Shown: piece after piece, positions 11,072 through 19,524 of the stretch | How positions within the stretch are numbered: the first letter of the stretch is position 1 | How the letters are laid out: every line of letters begins with the position of its first letter | Assembly (NCBI GenBank): GCA_039714075.1 | Contig: JBDLKA010000057.1 | Location: forward strand, 1-22,413 | DNA length: 22,413 bases | DNA from: Candidatus Krumholzibacteriota bacterium | GTDB lineage: Bacteria > Krumholzibacteriota > Krumholzibacteriia > LZORAL124-64-63 | Direction of reading: 5' to 3' | Translations under genes and position numbers: made by a program | The notes under the pieces: model-generated | What the model was told of the DNA's origin: nothing | Database searches by the model: none | Seen by the model: the letters and a program-made list of their open reading frames with translations, nothing else

Positions 11072-12643
11072 CTATTCCAGGCCCGACATCCGGAATCGTC
11101 CCAGGTACCGCCAGGGAGTGTCCTCGCGAGCCGCAGGACCGGCCGCTCCGGCGGAGCGGGGTCCGGCGCCCTGGTGCCGGTGTTCCAGTTCAGCCACCGC
11201 GGCGACGGCCAGGGCCAGGTCCCCGTCTTCGGCGCGATCACCGCTCCAGTCGGGCAGGTGTTCCTCCAGGAACCCCGTGTGAAGCCGGCCGGCGGCGAAG
11301 GCCGGCTCCTGCAGGATGGCGATCAGGTATTCCACGTTGGTGGTCACCCCCAGGACGGCGAAATCCCGCAGCGCGGTCACGGCCCGCTCGATGGCAGCGG
11401 ACCGATCCTCCCCATGAAGGCTGAGCTTGGCCATCAGAGGATCGTAGTACATGCTGATTTCGTCGCCCTGGCGGACCCCGCTGTCGATGCGGACACCCGG
11501 TCCTTCGGGCTCGTTAAGCAACAGGATTTCACCCAGCGAAGGCATGAAACCGCCCGCCGGATCCTCGGCATAGATGCGGCATTCGATGGCGTGTCCGCGG
11601 GCGGTGAGATCGTCCTGGCTCCAGGGCAGGGGGTGCCCTTCGGCCACCCGGATCTGCGCCCGGACCAGATCCGTACCGGTCACCAGTTCGGTGACCGGGT
11701 GTTCCACCTGCAGGCGGGTGTTCATCTCCAGGAAGTAGAAATCACCCCCGCCGCCGAGCAGGAATTCGACGGTGCCGGCCCCCTGGTAGTCCACCGCCCG
11801 GGCGGCGGCCACCGCGGCGGCGCCCATTTCCTGCCGCAATTCAGGCGTCAGGGCGGGGCTGGGCGTTTCCTCGATGATCTTCTGGTGGCGGCGCTGGATC
11901 GAACACTCGCGTTCAAACAAGTGGACATGGTTGCCCCGGTTGTCCCCGAAAATCTGGAATTCCACGTGGCGGGGCGTTTCGATGAATTTTTCCACATACA
12001 CCGTGCCGTTGCCGAACGCCCCCCGGGCTTCGCGGGCCGCTCCCTCGCAGGCCCGGACCACTCCGTCCGGGGAATCGACCAGCCGCATCCCCTTGCCCCC
12101 GCCACCGAAAGCGGCCTTGACCATCAACGGGTAACCCACCCCGGCACAAATCTCGCGGACTTCCTCGGCCGGGTAGCGGCCTTCGGCGTCCGGATCGGGC
12201 AGCAGGGCGCCCGGCACCACGGGGACGCCGGCCTTTTCCATGATGGCCCGCGCGGCGGTTTTTTCGCCCATCTTTTCGATGACTTCCGGCGCCGGGCCGA
12301 TAAAAATGACGCCGGCCTCGGCGCAGGCCCGGGCGAAGTCGGCGTTCTCGGCCAGGAAGCCGTAGCCGGGATGGATGGCGTCGGCGTCGGTTTCCAAGGC
12401 CACTTCCAGCAGGCGGTCCATGCGCAGATAGGATTCGCCCGGCTCGGCCGGGCCGATGGTCACCGCCAAGTCGGCGAGTTCCGCATGCAGGGCGTGGCGA
12501 TCCACTTCCGAACACACCGCCACGGTCCCGATGCCCAGTTCCCGGCAGGCGCGGATCACCCGCACGGCTATTTCACCACGGTTGGCCACCAGAATCCTGC
12601 TGATGGGACGCAATTCCGGCGTCTGGGCCTGGTCGGGGCTCAT
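11072..12643 (-). CDS. Biotin carboxylase subunit of an acyl-CoA carboxylase (3-methylcrotonyl-CoA carboxylase alpha-like, without fused biotinyl domain)
   Basis: ILVANRGEIAVR, IHPGYGFLAEN, GGGGKGMR, ERECSIQRRHQK, EMNTRLQVEHPVTE, RIYAEDP; ATG overlaps the hydratase stop (ATGA). Confidence 0.93.
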   Translation of the reverse strand: MSPDQAQTPELRPISRILVANRGEIAVRVIRACRELGIGTVAVCSEVDRHALHAELADLAVTIGPAEPGESYLRMDRLLEVALETDADAIHPGYGFLAENADFARACAEAGVIFIGPAPEVIEKMGEKTAARAIMEKAGVPVVPGALLPDPDAEGRYPAEEVREICAGVGYPLMVKAAFGGGGKGMRLVDSPDGVVRACEGAAREARGAFGNGTVYVEKFIETPRHVEFQIFGDNRGNHVHLFERECSIQRRHQKIIEETPSPALTPELRQEMGAAAVAAARAVDYQGAGTVEFLLGGGGDFYFLEMNTRLQVEHPVTELVTGTDLVRAQIRVAEGHPLPWSQDDLTARGHAIECRIYAEDPAGGFMPSLGEILLLNEPEGPGVRIDSGVRQGDEISMYYDPLMAKLSLHGEDRSAAIERAVTALRDFAVLGVTTNVEYLIAILQEPAFAAGRLHTGFLEEHLPDWSGDRAEDGDLALAVAAVAELEHRHQGAGPRSAGAAGPAAREDTPWRYLGRFRMSGLE

Positions 12644-13539
12644 CGATCACCACTTTCACTGTTGGGCAGGGACCAATTCACGTCAATCGCCCAGGGAGAA
12701 GGCTCTTTGGCCAGGAAGGATTCCAGGGCGGCCTGGGCCTCGGACCCGGTCCGGGCCTCGGCGATCATGCGGGCGGCCAGCTCTCCGCTGCGGGCGAAGC
12801 CCAGCGATTCCACGCCTTCCAAAAGACTCTTGCACTTGCCCAGGGTTTCCGCCCCGCCGCGCAGCAGCGACCGCACGGTGGCCTCCACCAGGACATCCAG
12901 TTCCCCGTCGGCCGCCAGCTTGTCCACCAGGCCGATGCGGTGGGCTTCGGCGCCGTCGATGACCTCGGCCGTCAGGAAATAATGGCGGGCCGCGGCCTGA
13001 CCGATGCGGTCGATGACCATGGGGGCGATCACCCCGGGGACCAGTCCGAGGCGCACCTCGGAAAAGGAAAACCGCGCCCGGAAAGCGGACACGACCACAT
13101 CGCAGGCGGCCAGAAGCCCCACCCCGCCTCCGAAGGCCGGCCCCTGCACCCGGGCCACCACCGGCGCCGGGCAATTGCGGACCGACCGGAACATGGCGCC
13201 CATATCCAGGGCGGCGGTCATGTTCTCCTGGTAGTCCGCCTGGCCCAATTCCTTCATTTCACCCAGGTGGGCGCCGGAACAGAACACGTCACCGGTGGCC
13301 CTAAGGACAATGACATGGGGCCGGTAGCGTCCCCCGTATCCGATGTCCTGGTCACCGTCCGGCAACCCCGCCTTGCCCGGATCGACGGGCAGGGGATCGC
13401 GGTAGGCCACGGCCTCGAACATGTCCCGCAGGGCGCCGATGGTCTCGCGGTCGAAGGCGTTTTTCACCTCCGGTTTGTCGATGGTCACCACCAACACGCG
13501 CCCGGCAATATCCTGATGAATCCCCTGTGTGGTCCCCAT
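12640..13539 (-). CDS. liuC: Crotonase-family hydratase, probably 3-methylglutaconyl-CoA hydratase
   Basis: FCSGAHL, GPAFGGGVGLLAACD and FSFSEVRLGLVP (one catalytic Glu); lies between the carboxyltransferase and biotin carboxylase genes, as in liuBCD. Confidence 0.75.
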   Translation of the reverse strand: MGTTQGIHQDIAGRVLVVTIDKPEVKNAFDRETIGALRDMFEAVAYRDPLPVDPGKAGLPDGDQDIGYGGRYRPHVIVLRATGDVFCSGAHLGEMKELGQADYQENMTAALDMGAMFRSVRNCPAPVVARVQGPAFGGGVGLLAACDVVVSAFRARFSFSEVRLGLVPGVIAPMVIDRIGQAAARHYFLTAEVIDGAEAHRIGLVDKLAADGELDVLVEATVRSLLRGGAETLGKCKSLLEGVESLGFARSGELAARMIAEARTGSEAQAALESFLAKEPSPWAIDVNWSLPNSESGDR

Positions 13540-13549
13540 ATGATCTCTC

Positions 13550-15157
13550 CTACATCCTGTAGATTCCGAATTTCACCGGCGGGATCGGTGTCTGCAGCGA
13601 CATGGCCAGTCCCAGGCCGAGAACGTCGCGGGTCTGGACGGGGTCCAGCACACCGTCGTCCCACAGCCGGGCGCTGCTGTAATAGGCGTGTCCCTCGGTC
13701 TCGTACTTGGCCAGGATCGGATCCAGGATTCCCTTCTCCTGTTCCGCGGTCAGGCTCTCGCCGCGCCTTTCGGCCTGTTCCTTCTTGACCGTCAACAGCA
13801 CGTTGGACGCCTGTTCGCCGCCCATCACCGAGATCTTGGCCTGGGGCCACATGAACATCAGCCTGGGCTGGTAGGCGCGGCCGCACATGCCGTAATTTCC
13901 CGCCCCGTAGCTGCCGCCGACCACGACGGTGAACTTGGGTACGGTGCTGTTGCTGACGGCGTTGACCATCTTGGCCCCGTCCTTGGCGATGCCCCCGTGT
14001 TCGTACCGCTTGCCGATCATGAATCCGGTGATGTTCTGCAGGAAGATCAGCGGGATTTTCCGCGCGTTGCACAATTCGATGAAGTGGGTGGCCTTCAGCG
14101 CCTCTTCGCTGAACAGGATCCCGTTGTTGGCCAGGATGCCCACGCTGTAGCCGTGCAGACGGGCGAATCCGGTCACCAGGGTGGTGCCGTAGCGGGGCTT
14201 GAATTCGTGCATCCGGCTGCCGTCGACCATGCGGGCGATGACTTCACGGATGTCGAAGGGAAACTTGGGATCGTGACTGATGACGCCGTAGAGTTCCTCG
14301 GGGTCGTAATGGGGTGGTTCGGGAGCGTCACAGGGTCCGTGGGCGGATTGCACCGGCCCCAGGTTTTCGATGATGTCCCGGACCATGCGCAACGCATGGG
14401 CGTCATCGTTGGCCAGATGGTCGGCCACGCCGCTGATGCGCGTGTGCACGTCGCCGCCGCCGAGATCCTCCGCCGTGACCTCCTCGCCCGTGGCGGCCTT
14501 CACCAGGGGCGGCCCACCCAGGAAAATGGTCCCCTGCTCCTTGACGATCACCACCTCTTCGCTCATGGCCGGCACATAGGCGCCGCCGGCGGTGCAGGAT
14601 CCGAGCACGGCGCTGATCTGGGGAATGTCCATCCCGCTCATGATGGCCTGATTGTAGAAGATGCGGCCGAAGTGTTCGCGGTCGGGAAAAACCTCGTCCT
14701 GCAGGGGCAGGAAAGCCCCGCCGGAATCCACCAGGTAAACGCAGGGAAGACTGTTCTCCCGCGCGATCTCCTGGGCCCTGAGGTGCTTCTTCACCGTCAG
14801 GGGCAGATAGGTGCCCCCTTTGACCGAGGCGTCGTTGGCCACGACCATCACCTGGCGCCCGTGAACCAGACCGATCCCGGTGATCAGACCGGCGGCGGGG
14901 ACCTCGTCCGGGTAGACCCCGTGCGCCGCCAGGGGCGATAGTTCCAGGAAGGGGGATCCCGGATCCAGCACCCCTTCGATACGGTCCCGCACCATCATCT
15001 TGCCCTGGGACAGATGGCGTTCGCGGGCTTTTTCGCTGCCCCCGCGGCGGATGTTCCCCAGCAGGCCGGCCAGGTCGGCGGCGCACTGCCGGTTCAGCTT
15101 GTCGTTTTCCTTGAAGGTCGCGTCCTGCGTATTGATCTGGCTCTTGATCCGTTTCAT
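13550..15157 (-). CDS. liuB: Carboxyltransferase subunit, 3-methylcrotonyl-CoA carboxylase beta
   Basis: 535 aa from ATG 15157 (SD AAGGAG); [69 protein letters not shown] and terminal FGIYRM are typical of MCC beta. Confidence 0.88.
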   Translation of the reverse strand: MKRIKSQINTQDATFKENDKLNRQCAADLAGLLGNIRRGGSEKARERHLSQGKMMVRDRIEGVLDPGSPFLELSPLAAHGVYPDEVPAAGLITGIGLVHGRQVMVVANDASVKGGTYLPLTVKKHLRAQEIARENSLPCVYLVDSGGAFLPLQDEVFPDREHFGRIFYNQAIMSGMDIPQISAVLGSCTAGGAYVPAMSEEVVIVKEQGTIFLGGPPLVKAATGEEVTAEDLGGGDVHTRISGVADHLANDDAHALRMVRDIIENLGPVQSAHGPCDAPEPPHYDPEELYGVISHDPKFPFDIREVIARMVDGSRMHEFKPRYGTTLVTGFARLHGYSVGILANNGILFSEEALKATHFIELCNARKIPLIFLQNITGFMIGKRYEHGGIAKDGAKMVNAVSNSTVPKFTVVVGGSYGAGNYGMCGRAYQPRLMFMWPQAKISVMGGEQASNVLLTVKKEQAERRGESLTAEQEKGILDPILAKYETEGHAYYSSARLWDDGVLDPVQTRDVLGLGLAMSLQTPIPPVKFGIYRM

Positions 15158-15246
15158 CCCGGCTCCTTGCAGGGGATTCAGGACACCCACCCGGGAGCGG
15201 GACTCCCGGGCGGATGGATGCATTAAAGATATGGCACGGGGAATTA

Positions 15247-15271
15247 TAGACCCTGCCGAAGGCAGGGTCTA
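15247..15271 (-). terminator. Perfect hairpin downstream of ompA; probable terminator or 3' stabilising stem
   Basis: TAGACCCTGCC-GAA-GGCAGGGTCTA, 11-bp stem; the minus-strand tail TAATT is only a weak U-tract. Confidence 0.55.
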
Positions 15272-15277
15272 CAGTCA

Positions 15278-15368
15278 GGTCGCGTCATTCGGAACTAGCC
15301 CTCGGTCTTTTTCTCGGTCGCGTCATTCGGAACTAGCCCTCGGTCTTATTCTCGGCCGCGTCCTTCAG
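15278..15368. repeat. 38-bp tandem repeat (about 2.4 copies) spanning the ompA stop codon
   Basis: GGTCGCGTCATTCGGAACTAGCCCTCGGTCTTwTTCTC at 15278-15315 and 15316-15353 (1 mismatch), plus a partial 12/15 match at 15354-15368. Confidence 0.93.
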
Positions 15369-15998
15369 CTTGTCGTTGGCCATAATGGCGATTTCCACCC
15401 TCCGGTTGGCCCGGCGACCGCCGTCGGTCGCGTTGTCACCGATGGGCTGGGCTTCGCCGTATCCCATGATGGTGAACCGGGGCACCAGAACGTGGGCGCC
15501 TTCCAGGATCGTGGCCACGGACTGGGCCCGGTTGCGGGACAGGGTCATGTTGTAATCCTCGGATCCCGTCGCATCCGTGTGACCCTCGATGAGGATGTCG
15601 GTGTCCTCGTATTTGTTGAGGACCTCCGCCAGGTTGATCAGGTTTTGCCGGCCATCGGCCTGGACTGCGGCACTGGCGGTTTCGAACAGGATTCCCGAGT
15701 CGAAGGTGATCTTGATACCTTCGCCGATGCGCTCCACGGTGGCTCCTTCGATATCCCGCTCGATCTCGGCGGCCTGGTCATCCATGTACTTCCCGATGAA
15801 GAGGCCGGCGGCCCCGCCGACGGCGGCTCCGATAATGGCGCCGACAGCCGTATTGCCGGCCTGGTTGCCGATGACCCCGCCGATGACGGCCCCGGACCCG
15901 GCCCCGATGATGGCACCTTTTTCCTTGTTGCTCATGCTGGCGCAACCCACGGTGCCGACAAGCATGGCTGCAATCAGTATGTAGCTGAGAATTTTCAT
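15333..15998 (-). CDS. OmpA/YiaD-type lipoprotein with glycine zipper and peptidoglycan-binding domain
   Basis: 221 aa from ATG 15998 (SD AAGGAAGGA); lipobox TVG-C; GAIIGAGSGAVIGG zipper; IEGHTD, YNMTLSRNRAQSV and ANRRVEI. Confidence 0.92.
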   Translation of the reverse strand: MKILSYILIAAMLVGTVGCASMSNKEKGAIIGAGSGAVIGGVIGNQAGNTAVGAIIGAAVGGAAGLFIGKYMDDQAAEIERDIEGATVERIGEGIKITFDSGILFETASAAVQADGRQNLINLAEVLNKYEDTDILIEGHTDATGSEDYNMTLSRNRAQSVATILEGAHVLVPRFTIMGYGEAQPIGDNATDGGRRANRRVEIAIMANDKLKDAAENKTEG

Positions 15999-16093
15999 GG
16001 TCGTTCCTTCCTTGCTCCGATACTTGGTGGACGATCGGTTCCAATGCGAAAGAGTACTGGTGATGCCGGTTATAAACAAGTATTCATAGGGTC

Positions 16094-17467
16094 ATGATCA
16101 TATCCGGCGGCAGCATCATCACCGACCAGGGACCCACACGGGCGGACATCCATTTCGAAGGCGCCCGAATCACCGCCGTTACCCCCCCAGGCGAACCTGC
16201 CGGCGAGGAAACGGTCGTCGATGCCGGCGGATTGCTGGTCCTGCCGGGCGCGGTCGACGCCCACACCCATTTCGGAATGCCCCTGGGCCAGGGTATCTCC
16301 AGCCTGGGCTGGCGCGAGAGCTCCGAAGCCGCCCTGCTGGGGGGCACCACGACCATCATCGATTTCGCCAATCCGGCCGTCGGCGAACCCCTGCCGCAGG
16401 CGGTCGCCAAGTGGCGCGGCATGGCCGACGGGGACATCCTGTGCGATTACGGACTGCACACCACCGTGACCGATGTTTCCCCGGACCGCCTGGCTGAAAT
16501 CCCGGGTCTGGTGGAAAACGGCCTGGCCACCTTCAAGGGGTTCCTGGCCTACAAGGGCCGGCTGATGCTCGCCGCGGACGATATGAAACGCCTGATGGAG
16601 GCCGTCTGCAAATCCGGGGCCATGCTCCTGGTCCACGCCGAAGACGGCGAGATGAACGCGGCGGCCGAGGAAACCCTCCTGAATACCGGCCGCACGGGCC
16701 CGAATTGGCATCCTTTCGCCCATCCGGACGAATCCGAGGAAAAAGCCGTGGCCGATATCCTGGACATGGCCGCGGAAACCGGCTGTCCCCTGACAATCGT
16801 GCATATGAGTCTGGCCCGGTCATTGGTATTGTTGAAAAAAGCCCGGAAAAAACGGAACAATACTATTACATTGTTGGGCGAAGTCTGTTTGCATCATTTG
16901 TTTGCGGACTCCGGCCTCTATAAAGCCGGTCACGGGGCTGCTCTGGCGTCCATCTGTTCACCGCCTTTGCGGGCGGCGGGCAACGGGGACGACTTGTTGG
17001 CGGGCCTCGTGGCCGGCGATCTCGATTTCCTTTCCACAGACCACTGCGAATTCAGCCTGGCCGTGAAGTCGGCGGCGGCGGGCGGAGGGTTTCCCCGCGT
17101 GCCCAACGGCTGCGGCGGCGTCGGTGAACGCCTGGCGGTCACCTATTCGCTGGCCGTAAAATCCGGAAAGATGAGCCCGGCCCGCTGGATTGAAGTCTGC
17201 TGCCGACGGCCCGCCGAGTTGATGGGCCTGAAAGACCGCAAGGGACAACTGAAGCCGGGCTTCGACGCCGACATCGTCCTGTTCGACCCCGCCGCCGAAT
17301 ACCGTTGGGAACCCCTGGGTGCCAGCGACCGCGCCGGCTCCCTGTGGGCCGGGCTGCCGGTATCCGGTCGCGTGCGCGACGTGTGGCTGCGCGGCCGCCA
17401 GGTGGTCTCCCAAGGCGTACTTACCCTCGACCAGCCCGGCGGACAATTCCTGCCGCGGCATCTGTAA
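16094..17467 (+). CDS. Cyclic amidohydrolase, dihydropyrimidinase/hydantoinase-like
   Basis: LPGAVDAHTH (HxH), GGTTTIIDF, FKGFLAY (carbamylated Lys), VHAE, IVHMS, CSPPLR, STDHC and GFDADIVLFDP. Confidence 0.85.
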   Translation: MIISGGSIITDQGPTRADIHFEGARITAVTPPGEPAGEETVVDAGGLLVLPGAVDAHTHFGMPLGQGISSLGWRESSEAALLGGTTTIIDFANPAVGEPLPQAVAKWRGMADGDILCDYGLHTTVTDVSPDRLAEIPGLVENGLATFKGFLAYKGRLMLAADDMKRLMEAVCKSGAMLLVHAEDGEMNAAAEETLLNTGRTGPNWHPFAHPDESEEKAVADILDMAAETGCPLTIVHMSLARSLVLLKKARKKRNNTITLLGEVCLHHLFADSGLYKAGHGAALASICSPPLRAAGNGDDLLAGLVAGDLDFLSTDHCEFSLAVKSAAAGGGFPRVPNGCGGVGERLAVTYSLAVKSGKMSPARWIEVCCRRPAELMGLKDRKGQLKPGFDADIVLFDPAAEYRWEPLGASDRAGSLWAGLPVSGRVRDVWLRGRQVVSQGVLTLDQPGGQFLPRHL

Positions 17468-17486
17468 TGCGAAAGGACCCGGAGCG

Positions 17487-17966
17487 ATGGCCTCCACCTC
17501 ACCCGCCCAGCTGGCCGCCCGTTATGAACGCATCTTTGACCAGTTGGTGGAGCTCTTCACCAATAACGACGAGCCGGTCGCCCGTATGGCCACCATCAGC
17601 GCCCTGTTGCATCACAAGATGCCCCATTTTTTCTGGACGGGATTCTACCGGCTGATCAACGGGAAACTGGTCGTCGGCCCGTATCAGGGGCCTCTGGCGT
17701 GCGCGGTTCTGGACGGTCCCGAGGGAGTGTGCTGGGCCTGCGTCAAGCGGCGGGAAACGGTCATCGTGCCGGACGTGCACGCCTTCGAGGGCCACGTGGC
17801 CTGTGACGACCGGTCCCAGAGCGAAATCGTGGTGCCGGTGCGCGAACCGGCGGGCAACGTGGTGGCGGTGCTGGATGTGGACAGCGATCAGCCCGACTCG
17901 TTCACGGAAGTGGACCGGGCCGGGCTGGAGAAGATCGTGGCGCTGGTCAACGAAACAGGGCTTTGA
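17487..17966 (+). CDS. msrC: GAF-domain protein, free methionine-R-sulfoxide reductase (fRMsr)
   Basis: 159 aa from ATG 17487; WTGFY, GPYQGPLAC, GVCW, DVHAFEGHVACD...SEIVVP and VLDVDS; all three family cysteines present. Confidence 0.85.
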   Translation: MASTSPAQLAARYERIFDQLVELFTNNDEPVARMATISALLHHKMPHFFWTGFYRLINGKLVVGPYQGPLACAVLDGPEGVCWACVKRRETVIVPDVHAFEGHVACDDRSQSEIVVPVREPAGNVVAVLDVDSDQPDSFTEVDRAGLEKIVALVNETGL

Positions 17967-19437
17967 CCGAGCCCCAATTGATTCCCTCGACCCCCTTGGG
18001 CAGGTTCGTCAGGTCCACCTGTCCGACCATCTCGTAATACTGCTTGATGGCACCATTGTGCAGTGAGTCCCGCCCGGACACGTAGAACCTGATCGTGCCC
18101 TGCACCCTGAGGTAGGAAAAGCTCTGCCCGCGGTCGAAAAGGAAATCCACTTCATAGGGAGCCCATTCGGTGTCGGGAATGATGTCGTCCGGCGGCGATG
18201 AGGTAAAGGTTTCCAATTGCTGAAACCTGGTGAACGAGATGTTGACCACACCGGGAACAAGGTCTCCATTGGGGTCGGTCACCGCTTCACCCGAGAACAT
18301 CCGTTCGTGGATCCGGCGCTCCTCGTTGTAATCCAGGGTCGTCCCCACATCCGGGAATTCCATGATGGTGGCATCCTGCAGGAATGTCAGGAAATCCGGG
18401 TGCATCAGCTCCCTGTAGCCTTCGAAATACCTCCACTCGTAGACTTCCTGGAAGTTTTCCATCAACTTTTCCGGCGTATCGGGAAAGACCAGATCCGGTC
18501 CCAGCACATTGATTTCCTGAGAGGCCTCGGCGACGGCTCCCCACCGGTCGCGCACCTGGACGGTGACGGTTTTGATACCCCAGGTCAGGTAATCGTGATA
18601 GGCGACCGGATCCGCGGACCACTCGGACCAGCCACCTTCGGTTTCGAATTGCCACCGGTAGGGTTCCGGGAGAAAACCGCTGTCGGGATCGTGCGACCCC
18701 GTGGCGTCACCGCGATACAGCAGTGGCGCCCCGCCGATATCCGTCACCTCCAGGGCCGCCTGCGGAGCCTCGTTGGTCAGATAGGTCAGGTGCACGCCGC
18801 CCCAGGTGTGGACCACCCCGGAATCCTTGACGGGATCGACCTCGACCATGTCGAGCAGCCGGTAGTATTGAACGGCCGATCCGTCGGCAGCGACGGTATC
18901 GCTAGACATGGCGACAAAATCAAAGGTCCCTGTCGCAGCCAGGGTCGAAACGCCGGAACCGCGTTCCACGAACATCTGCAGGGTGAAGCGGGCCGAGGCC
19001 CGGGAGTTTTCCCCTGCGGCCAGGATCTCCCAGGGGGTATCCTGGGTCATGAAGGGAAAGGAAATGCGGGTCACACCCGGCACGATTTTTCCCAGCCAGT
19101 TTGTGAGACCCTCCCCCGAAAACATACGCCAGGCGGTCTGGACGATTTCATCGCCTGTCATGTATTCGGTCAGAAGTTGGTATTCATTCAGGTCGCCGGT
19201 GCTGAAGCGGAACCGGAAGTCCGGATCAATCAGATCCCCGTACATGGTGCTGTCCATGGTGGTCAGGGCGGTTTTCCACAGGGCCATGAGGGAATCGGGT
19301 GACACGGCGAGATAGCCGTCATCGGGAAGTGGACCCGGCGAGACAGGGTCGTCGTCGCTGCAGCCGGCCACCAGGACCAGGCTCATCATGATGATGAGGG
19401 CGGCCACCCAAAACAGAATGTTGGGACATCTGGTCAC
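17947..19437 (-). CDS. Hypothetical lipoprotein: unknown domain + PKD-like domain + second copy of the unknown domain, ending WGSVKALFR
   Basis: 496 aa from GTG 19437 (SD AAGGAG); lipobox VAG-C-SDDD; PKD-like segment at about 18505-18774 (NEAPQA...DATGSHDPD...YRWQF...HDY...TVTVQVRDRWG); internal repeat visible (RMFSGE, VPGV..ISF, QYY). Confidence 0.85.
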   Translation of the reverse strand: MTRCPNILFWVAALIIMMSLVLVAGCSDDDPVSPGPLPDDGYLAVSPDSLMALWKTALTTMDSTMYGDLIDPDFRFRFSTGDLNEYQLLTEYMTGDEIVQTAWRMFSGEGLTNWLGKIVPGVTRISFPFMTQDTPWEILAAGENSRASARFTLQMFVERGSGVSTLAATGTFDFVAMSSDTVAADGSAVQYYRLLDMVEVDPVKDSGVVHTWGGVHLTYLTNEAPQAALEVTDIGGAPLLYRGDATGSHDPDSGFLPEPYRWQFETEGGWSEWSADPVAYHDYLTWGIKTVTVQVRDRWGAVAEASQEINVLGPDLVFPDTPEKLMENFQEVYEWRYFEGYRELMHPDFLTFLQDATIMEFPDVGTTLDYNEERRIHERMFSGEAVTDPNGDLVPGVVNISFTRFQQLETFTSSPPDDIIPDTEWAPYEVDFLFDRGQSFSYLRVQGTIRFYVSGRDSLHNGAIKQYYEMVGQVDLTNLPKGVEGINWGSVKALFR

Positions 19438-19524
19438 GAAACCTTCTCCTTGTCCGATGTTTATTGGCACCATGCCCGCAATTACTTATTATCCAAACTC
19501 AACATTTACATTCTTCCTGTAACT

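Noticed and set aside
15278..15368. CRISPR array interpretation of the 38-bp repeat (and of the 15-bp repeat at 6555-6599)
   Set aside because: The copies are directly adjacent with no spacers, derive from the coding 3' ends, and no cas genes are present.
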